63,209 nt of DNA, filler included, from Octopus bimaculoides (GCF_001194135.2; 4 parts of 4 records of this genome joined end to end with filler, not necessarily neighbours in it); one strand, 5' to 3'; positions 26,946-40,672 are shown, numbered from the whole stretch's first letter. The notes: a model not told the origin generated them from the letters alone. Made by a program: numbers and translations.

Positions 26946-27112
26946 AAAAAAAAAATTATTATCGCCGCCTTAATGCTTTAATAAATATATATATAGCTGA
27001 CGATGTTGTTGTTGCTATTGTTGAGGTCGTTGCTGCTGCTTCTGCAGTTGTTGATGTGGTTGCTTTCATTTTATTTTTATTTTTGTAGTTTCATTTTTAT
27101 GCTGTTACTGAC

Positions 27113-27195
27113 GTGGGTATGTTGTATAAAGTTTGCTTCCCAACCACATGGTTCCGGGTTCAGTCCCATTGCAAGTATCACACACACGCACGCAC

Positions 27196-27228
<33 letters not shown>

Positions 27229-27578
27229 CATAAATATATAGGGGTCAGCATAAGTTGCTTCACCAACATACTGAAAATTCAGAAATAGTAGTCAAAGAAC
27301 TACTGATTCTATCCTTATATATATGTATGTGAATATATATATATGTATATATGTACGTATGTGTATGTGTGTACATGTGTATGTATATATATATGTGTGT
27401 GTATGTATTTATATATGTATATATATATGTGTGTATGTATATATATATCCATGTGTGTGTATGTCTTTGTTTCTGCGTTTGTGCTCCTCCCCACCACCTG
27501 ACACCCGATGTTGGTATGATTACGTCCCCGTAACTTAGCGATTCGGCAAGCGAGTGAGAGAGAGAGGGTGAGAGACTG

Positions 27579-27629
<51 letters not shown>

Positions 27630-27770
27630 TAGAATGAGTACCAGGCTTTAAAAAAAAAATTTAAAAAGACAAAGAAAAAGTACCGAGGTTCGATTCCATC
27701 CATCTAAAAGACAAAAAAAAAATTCTTTCCACGCGGTGCTGCTCCAGCATGGTCGCAGAAGCAAGTTGGA
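27113..27770 (+). mobile_element. Fragmented SINE-A pieces split by microsatellites
   Basis: Head 27113-27172; 3' pieces 27460-27550 and 27625-27770. Confidence 0.6.
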
Positions 27771-28379
27771 GGCGATAAAGATAAAATATAAAACACGTTT
27801 CGTTACTGTTGTTGTTGTTATTGTCCTTCGTTTTTTTTTTACTTCTTGTTGTTGTTGTTGCTGTCATCTTTCGTGTCTTTCATTAACGATGTTCATCACG
27901 TTATAGTTTTTGTCATCATNNNNNNNNNNNNNNNNNNNNNNNNNNNNNNNNNNNNNNNNNNNNNNNNNNNNNNNNNNNNNNNNNNNNNNNNNNNNNNNNN
28001 NNNNNNNNNNNNNNNNNNNNNNNNNNNNNNNNNNNNNNNNNNNNNNNNNNNNNNNNNNNNNNNNNNNNNNNNNNNNNNNNNNNNNNNNNNNNNNNNNNNN
28101 NNNNNNNNNNNNNNNNNNNNNNNNNNNNNNNNNNNNNNNNNNNNNNNNNNNNNNNNNNNNNNNNNNNNNNNNNNNNNNNNNNNNNNNNNNNNNNNNNNNN
28201 NNNNNNNNNNNNNNNNNNNNNNNNNNNNNNNNNNNNNNNNNNNNNNNNNNNNNNNNNNNNNNNNNNNNNNNNNNNNNNNNNNNNNNNNNNNNNNNNNNNN
28301 NNNNNNNNNNNNNNNNNNNNNNNNNNNNNNNNNNNNNNNNNNNNNNNNNNNNACACACACACACACACAAGCACATCTC

Positions 28380-28419
28380 TCGTTCTCTCTCTCTTTCTCT
28401 CTCTCTATATATACACCTG

Positions 28420-28478
<59 letters not shown>

Positions 28479-28558
28479 GTCTGTTTGAGTGTGTGTGTGT
28501 GTGTGTCTGCCTGTCTGTCTACCGATCTATCTATCTATCCGTCTGCTCTGTCTGTCTG

Positions 28559-28630
<72 letters not shown>

Positions 28631-28650
28631 GATCGATCTATCTATCTGTA
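28380..28650. repeat. (TATC)n/(TC)n microsatellite block
   Basis: Direct reading; one of many (TA)n, (CA)n, (TACA)n, (TAGA)n arrays in the window. Confidence 0.95.
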
Positions 28651-29217
28651 TGTCTGTCTCCCTCCTTCCCTCATATGTCTGTCCATTTCTCTTTCTCTCT
28701 GTCTCTCTCTCTCCTTATTTTCACTTTCTTCATGACTGCCTTTAATACCTTGTATACACCTCTTCTCCACAAGTTGTAGTTTTTGTTGTTTAGCCCTAGG
28801 TCATCCTTCCTTAAGCATGTATGTGTGTGTGTGTATTACACATACACACACAAACACACGCACGCCCACACATATATATATATATAGTATCTAGTATTGT
28901 ATATCCATTTGCGTGTGTGTACATTCATAGTGTGTATATATGTATGTTTGTATATATTTATACAATGTGTGTATATGTGTATACATATATGAATGTATGT
29001 CTATAAACATACATGTATGTATAATGTAACGAATATATATCAATCAGAACAGAACAACAGTTGTATTCGTTTCAATACACAATTTCACGTCAAGAATATA
29101 TAGACATGCATACATGCATACATACATACGTACATGCATACATACATACATACATACATACATACATACATACATACATACATAGTGCACCTGAGCACTA
29201 TACAATTAATTTAATTA

Positions 29218-29475
29218 CAGTTCTATATTTAAGAGATGAGGAATTATGCCTACGGGCATATGGCGTAGTGGTTAAGAGCATGGGCTACTAACCAAGTTTC
29301 CGAGTTCGATTCCAGGCAGTCACCTTAATAATAATAACATCGGGGAAAAAATGCCCAGGTTCGAAATTTCCCCAAACATCTGAAGAAGGTTGGAGGGTAT
29401 ATCAGTCAAACGTTGTGTTAACAACAAACAAGATGAGGACAATTATCCGTCAAACATAAATAATGTAAATAATTT
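29218..29475 (+). mobile_element. SINE-D: tRNA-like head + Penelope-type terminus with degenerate minimal hammerhead motif
   Basis: A box TGGCGTAGTGG 29261-71, B box GAGTTCGATTCC 29302-13, short (TAA)n, then AACAT-CTGAAGA-stem-AAAC-GTT-GTGTT 29375-29419. Confidence 0.65.
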
Positions 29476-29599
29476 AATTATTATATTATACATACATACA
29501 TATACAGATACACACGTGTGTGTGTGTAAGCATGGATTACTGAAAATAAATAAAATAATAGGGATCCAATAATAGTGATGGTTGTCTTATATATGTCGC

Positions 29600-29717
29600 A
29601 TGTGTTTCCGGGTTCAATCGCACTGCGAGGCACCTTGAGCAAGTGCCTCCTACAATAGCCTCGGGCTTACCAAAGCCTTGTGAGTGGATTTGGTAGACGG
29701 AAACTGAGAGGCATCCG

Positions 29718-29720
<3 letters not shown>
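29600..29720 (+). mobile_element. SINE-A 5' half
   Basis: CCGGGTTCAATCGCACTGCG...AAAGCCTTGTGAGTGGATTTGGTAGACGGAAACTGA. Confidence 0.85.
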
Positions 29721-29752
<32 letters not shown>

Positions 29753-29852
29753 NNNNNNNNNNNNNNNNNNNNNNNNNNNNNNNNNNNNNNNNNNNNTTAA
29801 TTAATTAANNNNNNNNNNNNNNNNNNNNNNNNNNNNNNNNNNNNNNNNNNNN
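29753..29852. other. Artificial 100-nt scaffold linker N44-TTAATTAATTAA-N44
   Basis: Exactly 44 N + 12-mer with stops in all six frames + 44 N. Confidence 0.95.
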
Positions 29853-29883
<31 letters not shown>

Positions 29884-30761
29884 ATATATATATACACATG
29901 ATCCTGGAAAGAAGAAATCTGTTCCGAGCTCGGACATCAGTGATGGATGAAAATCATGATTTCGATTACGTACCACTTGGAGGGGACCACATCTGTGCAG
30001 TGGAATATCCGCGACCACTCCCGACTATACAACACCTTGTGTGTATCCTTAAGGCAATTAACTACGAGGGGGATGATATTTTATTGTGACAGATGTTGAT
30101 GACACCCCATCCGCCACACGAAATAACCACTGTCCGTTTGTGATGTCAAGAAACTTATGTCAGTTTGGATCAACGACATGAATTATGCCCGAATTATCTT
30201 AAGTAGAGAGACTTGCCCAACATCATCTATACTCTCTCATCTCGAATTATCTGGATCCAGCAACGAAATATTGTAAGGGTGATTGAAAATAAAACTGCAT
30301 GCGGTGTTACTGGCACAAAAGCACTAGCATACTCTGTTCAGTCTGTCATACTTTGTCATACTTTGTTCAGTTGCTCTCCTTACTCTTCTGATATCTCTAT
30401 AAGTCTCACAAGACAGTGAGACTATTTGAGTCTCTGTTGGAGGTTTATCAAAGGTAAACGCGTGAACAGACTTACTCGCAAGACAGAAGCTTGAATATTT
30501 ATTATTTTTTTTCTCCTAATCAAATGTTTTGACGAGAACTTGTAAGTGGAGTTTGTCATTATCAATAGTCTTGCTGCATGTTCGATCACCAAGCCGTTTA
30601 TTTCTGTGACAACAACAATAGTTCATTCCATAATAAAGCTTTTTATATAGTTTGCTACAACAAGAAAACAGGCACTCGTATCATGATGGTGATGATAATC
30701 GAGGTTTCCATATAATAGTGAATTGTAATAACACTTGAAACAATGAAAAGTTACTATAATA

Positions 30762-30965
30762 GCAGCAGATTAGCAAAATCGTTAAATCGTTGAACATATT
30801 TTGCGGTATTTATTTCAGCTCTTCACGTCCTGAGTTCAAAACCTACCTAGGCCCTTTACCTTTTAGCCCTCCAGGATCGATAAAATAGTGTACCGATCAA
30901 GTATTGTGATAGATTTCATAGACTAACCCCACAAATTTCAGGATAACGCTTATATAAGAAATAAT
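30762..30965 (+). mobile_element. SINE-B, strongly diverged
   Basis: TGCGGTATTT...CTGAGTTCAAA...GATCGATAAAATAG. Confidence 0.6.
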
Positions 30966-31049
30966 AATAATTATTATTTCTGAACAACTGTCTGATCCGT
31001 TAAATTATCTTGATTTTTCTAGAATGTTAGAGAAGTGCTCTCCTCTGAC

Positions 31050-31300
31050 TAATTTGTTAAAAGGTGGCTGACTGCGGCAAAAATGGCTAAAGTGAATGGT
31101 TGTACTCTAAACATGCACATGTAGAGGGAATTTCGAATTAGAATTAGGAGTAGGCGTGTACTCTTGGTGACCAGAGTTATCTTGAACTTGGAGGTTCTTT
31201 AATTGGCTGTTCTTGGATAATTGTACAAGAGAGTGATGTCATCCATGTAGCCATATATTTTGTGTACAATGTATAATTTTTATTGCATTATTTCTACACC
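31050..31300 (-). mobile_element. Non-LTR reverse transcriptase fragment
   Basis: Minus-strand IYGYMDDITLLY (YxDD-like at 31238-31249) followed by stops. Confidence 0.45.
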
Positions 31301-32143
31301 TTTGTATCCTCCTCAATAAATTTTATGTAAGTTTTCACTTATTGTAACCCGTCTTAGTAATGTCTCCTTCATCGTCATTCTTATGGCATGTTGTAAAAAT
31401 TATGTATGAATGTGTGTATGTGTGTATGTGTGTATGTGCGAATGCGTATGTTTGCGTGTTCTGTGTGTGTGTGAGTGTGTGTGTTGGTGGATGGGTGTAT
31501 GTTTCTAGACGGTGCACTATTTCCAGTATGCGTCTGTTTTCAAAACGAGTTGGTGTTCAATAGATATAAAGAATTCTAGCATACGTCTAAGTGGGTTTTA
31601 TAAAAGGTAATTAGATGCTTACTGTTCGATTTCTTTCTAACATACAATTTGCGATGCAAAAGATGTTTGAAAGGATTTCCATGCTAATCTTTCGTTAAGT
31701 GTTTCGTTCTTTCCGTTGTGATTCACAAGTAACAAATTACAAATGGTAAATGTTAAATGACTTTTCAAATCAACATATTGATACAGCTTACCGCACGTTA
31801 AAACACTGTATTGGCCAACATTTTTCTGGTATTAGTGTCAATCGATCCAACAACGGCTTTTATCATACAGTCGTTCGACCTAAAGCAGCCAAATTTCTCT
31901 AAAATCATGTCCTACAATCTTAAAACGAAAAACTAAGGACGCGTTTGTGCAGTATATTTGATCATAAGTTTGCGCTATCAAGGTTGGCCGAAACCTCATG
32001 GATATACAGAAGCAAAACACACTCGCATACACGCGCGCACCCACGCATATACGCGCGCACCCACGCATACAGGCGCGCCCACAGACACAACCACACGCAC
32101 AAAGAAACAAAGAAACAAACAAGCAAACTAACAAACACACACA

Positions 32144-32176
<33 letters not shown>

Positions 32177-32506
32177 NNNNNNNNNNNNNNNNNNNNNNNN
32201 NNNNNNNNNNNNNNNNNNNNNNNNNNNNNNNNNNNNNNNNNNNNNNNNNNNNNNNNNNNNNNNNNNNNNNNNNNNNNNNNNNNNNNNNNNNNNNNNNNNN
32301 NNNNNNNNNNNNNNNNNNNNNNNNNNNNNNNNNNNNNNNNNNNNNNNNNNNNNNNNNNNNNNNNNNNNNNNNNNNNNNNNNNNNNNNNNNNNNNNNNNNN
32401 NNNNNNNNNNNNNNNNNNNNNNNNNNNNNNNNNNNNNNNNNNNNNNNNNNNNNNNNNNNNNNNNNNNNNNNNNNNNNNNNNNNNNNNNNNNNNNNNNNNN
32501 NNNNNN

Positions 32507-32540
<34 letters not shown>

Positions 32541-33130
32541 GTATGCATCCATGTATATTAACAGATGTACATACGTACACTCATGAGCATCTGCCCGTCT
32601 TAAGTTGAATTTCGACGAGCTGGGTTATCTACAGCTCCTTAGTAAGCTCTCACTGGCTTAGCTCTATCTACTTAGATCTGTCACTTTACTTTAAGCGCTC
32701 TTTTAAATAAAACAGAACCTCAGGCACTGTCAACTTTGACCATCTCTACAGAAATCTCTACAGAAGAAAATATGCATAAGAAAGAAATGATGTACACATG
32801 CATATAAATAAATACATAAATAAATAAATGAATATATATATATATATATGGTTTAAAACTATATAGTAGTGACAAATTACTTTAACATTACTAAGAATAG
32901 CAGAGCAATGTTGTTAATGTCAGTAAAGTCGATGATGATGGTGGTGATGATGAGGAGTAGGTGGAGGGGGAGAGAAAGCTGCTACCAATTATGATTATAA
33001 TGCTGATGGTCATCATTAACATCTTCATGCACTGCCGTACACACTCTTTTCTTCCTTCTCCTCCCAACTACTCGTCCTCTTCCCCCTTCTCTTTCTCCTC
33101 CTCCTCATCATCCTGTCCCTCCTTACTTAG

Positions 33131-33293
33131 GTACAAGGCCAGATATTTGTAGAGGATGGATTTATTAATCGACCCTGAAAGAATGAAAGGCAAAGTCGAC
33201 CTCTGCGGAATTTGAACTCAGGACGTAGCGACGGGCGAAATACCCCTAAGCATTTCGTTCAGCGTGCTAACGATTCTGCCAGCTCACCGCCTT

Positions 33294-33372
<79 letters not shown>

Positions 33373-33394
33373 CAACAAAAACAACAACAACAGA

Positions 33395-33456
<62 letters not shown>

Positions 33457-33657
33457 TAATAAAAAATCCTTTCTACTAGAGGCACAAGGCCTGAAATGTT
33501 TTAGTGGGGCGGGGAGACCGGCTGATTACATCAACCCTCGTACTTAACTGGTTCTTATTTCAAAGGATAAAAAGCAAAGTCGGCCTCGGTGGAATTTGAA
33601 TGAAATGAAACGGTAAAGCATTTCGTCCGACGCTCTGACTATTCTAGCAGCTCGACC
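33131..33657 (-). mobile_element. Two SINE-B copies (33131-33293, 33462-33657) separated by (TAA)n
   Basis: AAAGGCAAAGTCGACCTC..GGAATTTGAA core in the first, a variant in the second. Confidence 0.85.
33294..33460. repeat. (TAA)n microsatellite
   Basis: Direct reading. Confidence 0.97.
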
Positions 33658-34418
33658 GGCCGCACCAAGCAAAGACGTTGGGAACTGTACAAAGACTAAA
33701 TACACTGGAAAATAACAAGCAAGAAACGGTTGACTTGGAGTAAAATGGTGAGGTGCATTAATAAATTGGTAATAACAAGCAATACTAACAATTCAGAACA
33801 AAGATAAGAACAAGAAAAGGATTCTCCAAAATAGGGAGCAATCACATAGAGTGATTAGGGAATTCCCCCCACTCAACTCCCGATTGTAATGACAACCCAA
33901 AGGCAAATGCCGTTTTCAAGTTCTTGCCACCAACCTTCAGCTGCATGGCTAACATCGGCCCGTTAAACCACACCAGTTTCGTCAAGTTCAATCCCTTTTT
34001 ATGAAGTTTACTGAAGTCATCACCTCTCTTTCTCTCTCCCCCTCTTGCTAAATCCTTATCTTCCACCTCACGAGGCATTTAATGAAGTTTAATGAGGGCT
34101 TGCTTTCAAAAGTAAAATTCGAATCTCAGATCTTTCACCTGCGCTCATCACGCAAACCTTTCATAATAGCCAGCTGAAAGAGGATGATTACTTGTCCTTT
34201 TCTGTACAAGGAAGGTGGTGGTTAGATCTTTATAATAAACTCGGTTGATAGTCGACTCCGACACTCACGTACAAAGAGCTGTTAGACATAGACAGATCAG
34301 CAATGTACCGGCACTAAACAAATGCAGGTTAAATGTTTCTTTTTATTTCAGTTCTTTTATTTTGTGATGGTCGAGTGTGATTTGAAGGATACTTTGGCTG
34401 CTCTTTCAAGCTGTAAGG

Positions 34419-34716
34419 CAGTGTTTCTCAAAGAGTTTAACTTTGCTGCACAATGGAGATCAATTTTAAAATTCTCGGCGCACTCCGCATAGAAAATATT
34501 TTAACGAAATATTTTCAAGTTAATCATTTACGAAAAATATAGAAAATACTATTGCTTGCCTCATTTTATTAAGCCATACTGCTTAAAACGTGTTATTCAT
34601 AACACGTTTCCAAGACTGCAAGCATTAATATGGATTTTCTAAAGACTTAAATTATATTTTTAAAAATTCGCAAAGCACCTTGACACCCATTGCGACTCAC
34701 TGTCAGAAAATCACTA
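34419..34716. mobile_element. Older hAT-like MITE
   Basis: Left TIR CAGTGTTTCTCAA, degenerate right TIR; flanks CTGTAAGG / CTGCAAGA (6/8). Confidence 0.45.
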
Positions 34717-35398
34717 CTGCAAGAGAATATAATGAATATTGAATATTGAATAATGAATATTGAATATTTAAAAAGAAGTGAATTATATAAATACGTCTAA
34801 CCGCCATCTTAACATTTTCAGTTTGTATCCTGATTTTCAGGTGTAAAAAAAAAAGAAAGCAAAAAAAGAAAAAAAATACCTACACACGTTCACACTCACA
34901 GATGCACAGACAAGATAAATACAAAACCCAAACAAAATATAATAAATTTATATAGAAAAAAAAAAGAATATCTGCTCCATACTATAAGGAAAAGAAAACA
35001 AACAAAAAACAACCGGTGCTATATATTTCCGTTCTAGCGATATTGTTTCTTATTGTCAGTCTTCCTGTGTTGGGTAATCGGGTACGTAACCTTTTCCTCG
35101 AGAACTCTAATAAATTGGACCAAAATTTCTGCCTTTCTTTCGCTCCCCTCTCGCTTTCTTTCTCTTTTGAACACACTGACTCTTTCCTATTTCTCACTCG
35201 CGCTCTCTTTCTTCCCTACGCTGTCACTTTTCCTTCTTTCTCTTTCTTCCATACTGCCTCTTTCACTCCGACTCTGACTTTTCCTCCTCCCCACACACTC
35301 TCTCTTCTCTCTCACTGTGTTATTCTCTATTTCACTCTGTCTCTTTCTACTGTTCTCTATATTTCTCTCTCCTACTTTGTCGTTCTATCTGCATGTCT

Positions 35399-35466
<68 letters not shown>

Positions 35467-35783
35467 CTCAATATGTAGTATTTCTTATCTCAATTCAAAC
35501 CGAAACCATCATTTGCTTGTCTTCCCGTTATTTTTGTATATATATTATTTCTTCTACCCTATCTAAAATGGGGTTTTATTCACTAAAAAAAAAAAAAAAA
35601 CTTACATTGTTTGCTCAATGATAGTCAGTCATTCAGGATTTTTATTTCTTTTTAATTAATATTTTTATTGTTCATTTGCATATTAAATTTGCTTTAAACT
35701 TTAACTGATCAACTAACATACGTTGTTAAAGATATTTAACATTTTCGCTTTTCTGTTACACAAGAACGAAAAACGATAGGAAA

Positions 35784-35819
<36 letters not shown>

Positions 35820-36699
35820 GAAAAAGAAAGAAAGAAAGAAAGAAAGACAGAAAGAAAGGAAAAAGAAAACAGAAAAGACAAACGGAAGGAAAATCAATTT
35901 GCTATACTCAAATGTCAAAATTCTGTTTCGCTAAAGATCAACTCTGTGAGGAGACTTAAGAAACAATGGCCACGAACAGAACATCTCGCAGAACTATGGC
36001 TGTTTATTATAGATTTATTTATTTGCTTTTTATAGCTTTCATTTCCTCTGCATCTCACTACATACATACACGCATACATACATACATACATACATACATA
36101 CATACATACATACAAACATACATACATACATAAATGCATACATACAAACATACATACATACATGCATGCATGCATGCATATATACATACATACATACTTA
36201 CATACTTATATACGTGCATACATACACGTGCGCGTGCACACACGCACATTATTCGCAGCAAGTAGTTTTTATTTACCTTTTTACCGTTTTTTTTTTTACC
36301 TTTATATTGTTCTTTTATTTCGATTTTAATTCACTTTCTTTAAAATAAACTCCTTTCTTCTGTTTCTCTTTTTAATTCACAAACTTTAATTGAGACGACA
36401 CGGTTTCTCTCTCCCCACCCCCGTCTCGGTACGCGCATGCATGCACGCACGCGCACATACATGTATGTACTATGTATTATGCATGTAATATATATGTAAG
36501 CATGTAATATACGAGTTGTATGTAAAAAGAAATTAGTTATGCATATATACAAAACAGAATAACAGAAATACATTCACGTACTTAGTAATGCGTCTATACT
36601 CACCCCCACGTGACACATTTTTGTTCATGTGTGCGTGTGTGTGTGTGTGAGTGCGCTTGTGTTCGTGCACAGTTTATTATTGCAGCATTATATGAATAA

Positions 36700-37010
36700 A
36701 TGAACGTGGGCGTGGACACACCAGAATTTCGCATCGTAGTCTTCAGGTCCCAGTGAGTTGTACAAGTTCTTTTTACCACAGCCTCGGGTCAACCCAAGTC
36801 ATGTGAGTTAAATCGAGTAAACTGAATACGTGTAGAAACTCGTCGAATGGGCTGCACTTGTAATTTAACGGATCAGTCTTGTAGCACTGTCACACAGATT
36901 TTGCCTGGGAATTACGTTAGAAGTACCCTGTGCTTCAGAGATACCTTTCGTGCAACGCTCAGCTATTTAGAACAAGAAGTGAAGGATCGAACGACTGGAA
37001 TAATTATCGC
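36700..37010 (+). mobile_element. Old chimeric SINE: A-type 5' half + C1-type tail
   Basis: CAGCCTCGGGTCAACCCAAGTCATGTGAG (A-like), then TGTAATT...CTGTCACAC...AATTACGTTAG...GATCGAACGACTGGAA (C1-like). Confidence 0.55.
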
Positions 37011-37529
37011 TAATACTGGCAGAGATCTACTTACTTTCTACTGTACATGAATAAATACATATAGATATATTGATACACGCATACATGTGTGTGTGTGCGT
37101 ATATATATATATATATNNNNNNNNNNNNNNNNNNNNNNNNNNNNNNNNNNNNNNNNNNNNNNNNNNNNNNNNNNNNNNNNNNNNNNNNNNNNNNNNNNNN
37201 NNNNNNNNNNNNNNNNNNNNNNNNNNNNNNNNNNNNNNNNNNNNNNNNNNNNNNNNNNNNNNNNNNNNNNNNNNNNNNNNNNNNNNNNNNNNNNNNNNNN
37301 NNNNNNNNNNNNNNNNNNNNNNNNNNNNNNNNNNNNNNNNNNNNNNNNNNNNNNNNNNNNNNNNNNNNNNNNNNNNNNNNNNNNNNNNNNNNNNNNNNNN
37401 NNNNNNNNNNNNNNNNNNNNNNNNNNNNNNNNNNNNNNNNNNNNNNNNNNNNNNNNNNNNNNNNNNNNNNNNNNNNNNNNNNNNNNNNNNNNNNNNNNNN
37501 NNNNNNNNNNNNNNNNNNNNNNNNNNNNN

Positions 37530-37559
<30 letters not shown>

Positions 37560-37568
<9 letters not shown>

Positions 37569-37770
37569 TTGTGTGTCTGTGTTTGTACCCCCACCATCAC
37601 TTGACAACCGATGCTGGTGTGTTTACGTCCCCGTAACTTAGCGGTTCGGTAAAAAGAGACCGATAGAATAAGTACTAGGCTTACAAAGAATAAGTCCTGG
37701 GGTCGATTTTCTCGACTAAAGGCGGTGCTCCAGCATGGCCACAGTCAAATGACTGAAACAAGTAAAAGAG
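37560..37770 (+). mobile_element. SINE-A 3' half
   Basis: Close to family consensus through GAAACAAGTAAAAGAGT. Confidence 0.9.
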
Positions 37771-39091
37771 TTTGAAGGTCATATATAATCCTATGCATTG
37801 AACTAAAATTATCGAACGACTCCAACTAGGTTTAAGAGAGTGAACATACAGTTTACGATATTCTATAGTCTCTTTAAAATATGGTTGTCTGTTTGCACGC
37901 CTTGATCAAATACATCTTAAGTAAATAGAACAATGTTGGATGTGCACCGCTCTCGTTCGCTAACATATGATGTTAACTTAAAACATAACGAATGAAACCA
38001 ATAGAAATTTATCTCTACTTATACACGCGACATCTTAAAACACCACATTTCACCAAATATCAACCAAATATCATACAAAGTTAATAATAAGGTCAGGAGA
38101 CTAAAGATGTTTACAAACGTTGTTAAGAAAACGCGTAGAGAAATAGATGCTATGAGTAGAATGTGCTCTCCCGAGCATGTAAACAGTCTAACAAAGAAAA
38201 AAAAAAGAGCTTTGACAACGTCAGCTCCCAACTGACATAAACATTACTTCTTAGATTAACAAAAAGTAAACTCTAAGGATGCCTAATGAGGAATTTGTAA
38301 ACGATATATTCACACGAAGGATTCTTCTTATTACAGATATTCTTTAGCCTAAAATCAATCCTAATCCTGTAGTTCTATAATCAATGTCATTCCTTCAAAA
38401 CCACCACTTTTCTATATCTTGTAACCCTGACTATATTTCTTAATGTCTTTTTGTTTTTCTTTCGACAGTAGGGCATAGNNNNNNNNNNNNNNNNNNNNNN
38501 NNNNNNNNNNNNNNNNNNNNNNNNNNNNNNNNNNNNNNNNNNNNNNNNNNNNNNNNNNNNNNNNNNNNNNNNNNNNNNNNNNNNNNNNNNNNNNNNNNNN
38601 NNNNNNNNNNNNNNNNNNNNNNNNNNNNNNNNNNNNNNNNNNNNNNNNNNNNNNNNNNNNNNNNNNNNNNNNNNNNNNNNNNNNNNNNNNNNNNNNNNNN
38701 NNNNNNNNNNNNNNNNNNNNNNNNNNNNNNNNNNNNNNNNNNNNNNNNNNNNNNNNNNNNNNNNNNNNNNNNNNNNNNNNNNNNNNNNNNNNNNNNNNNN
38801 NNNNNNNNNNNNNNNNNNNNNNNNNNNNNNNNNNNNNNNNNNNNNNNNNNNNNNNNNNNNNNNNNNNNNNNNNNNNNNNNNNNNNNNNNNNNNNNNNNNN
38901 NNNNNNNNNNNNNNNNNNNNNNNNNNNNNNNNNNNNNNNNNNNNNNNNNNNNNNNNNNNNNNNNNNNNNNNNNNNNNNNNNNNNNNNNNNNNNNNNNNNN
39001 NNNNNNNNNNNNNNNNNNNNNNNNNNNNNNNNNNNNNNNNNNNNNNNNNNNNNNNNNNNNNNNNNNNNNNNNNNNNNNNNNNNNNNNNNNC

Positions 39092-39143
<52 letters not shown>

Positions 39144-39896
39144 TAATTAATTGTAGGAATCATTTGAATCATGGTATTTTAATAAAGACACCGAGTTAGC
39201 GTCGAGATCCGCACATCTGTCTATATACCGTACACAGACACTCATAGATCCATGCATATGCGCACGAGTCTAAACACTTGCATATACATGGACGTAAACA
39301 GATCATTATACACAAACATATAAATATACATGTAATTATATTTGTGTGTGTGTGTGTGTGTGTGTGTGTCTGTGTTTGAACGAGTGTGTGTGTATGTGTG
39401 TATGCGCACGAGCGCGTGTGTGCGTGTTATATACACCTTGATCCAAACTGAAATACTGAGAACAATATGATGGACTAAAACTCTTGAAGATTGTGCTACA
39501 GCATGGCCGTAGTCCAATGACAAAAACGACTAAAACAGTATATTTTAATACATGCTGAATTTCTTGACTCACAAATATCTTGACTCCAGATAGAAAAATA
39601 TTCACATGGAAATGACACATATTGTTAGAAAAACTTCTGAAATAATAAAAAGCAATCCTTCAGAAATACGCCTTTCATTGCAACATTTACAATATCAAAT
39701 AATTGTTGCAACAAAATAAACTTGCGTAATCTTGGTAGATAGGCTCGACATATATTTCTTTTACATTCACTTTATTTCAATAACATTATTGTATCATGTA
39801 AAGTCTCATTGAATGGGATTTAATATCATTCAAAGCATTTGATTAGCGAGTCGTGCATACAAAATTACATATGTTATTTAGGTGTTTAATTTTTTC

Positions 39897-39928
<32 letters not shown>

Positions 39929-40171
39929 TCTAATGTTATATTTGTATATTTTGTCATGTGGCTTAGTCAGATGAAGAGTAAACAATGTTAATGATCCTTT
40001 CGGAGGTTCTGTGATTGCAGGGCGTAAGGGGAAAAAGTTGTCTCTAGGTCAGAGACGTGACCTGAATGCTGGTAACAATCTACATGTAACCAAAGGCTTT
40101 GGTGAAGGTGGTGCTAAAGCAAGCGATGGATTAGGTCTAAAAAAACCCAGGACTATTGTTTTTGTGGATTG

Positions 40172-40494
40172 CTGTTCTCAACCGAGGTTCACATGACCCT
40201 CGGGGGCCCATATAAGATTTGCAAAATAGTAAATTAGGGACCCACAATAGTATAAGAGACCATGAAAAATGTTTGCTTTAGCTGTATGTATTGCAAGAAA
40301 CAGATAGGTTTCTTTCTCCGGCGTTTTATATAGTTCAGTCTACGTAAGTTAATGTGTGAAAACCAAAATAGAAATTTTGAAAGAAGCATCTATGAAATTA
40401 GTTTTTAAACATCGAATGGTTAGGGGTTAGGGTGCTGGCACCAGAATAGAATAATGATCTAAGGGGCCCACAAATAAAAAATGGTTGAGAACTG
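40172..40494 (+). mobile_element. Related hAT-type MITE
   Basis: TIRs CTGTTCTCAACC / GGTTGAGAACTG; 5' end similar to the 8067 copy; no clear TSD. Confidence 0.6.
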
Positions 40495-40575
40495 TTGATG
40501 TGTACTGTCGTTGTGGACTGTATCACATGTTGACTAAATATCATCAATGAAGAACACTTGAAATGAACACAGAGA

Positions 40576-40672
<97 letters not shown>

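Noticed and set aside
29797-29808. TTAATTAATTAA as a recurrent biological motif (also 57809, 61878)
   Set aside because: It is always centred in exactly 44+44 N, so it is an artificial linker.
29874-30089. 71-aa ORF in unique-looking sequence
   Set aside because: It starts in a microsatellite, has no recognisable motif and no splice support.
33842-34078. 78-aa minus-strand ORF, possibly LINE ORF1 debris
   Set aside because: I could not match any motif with confidence.
40046-40063. AGGTCA-N6-TGACCT nuclear-receptor-like inverted repeat; also the 16-bp palindrome at 41981-41996
   Set aside because: Single short motifs with no supporting context; the second lies within SINE debris.
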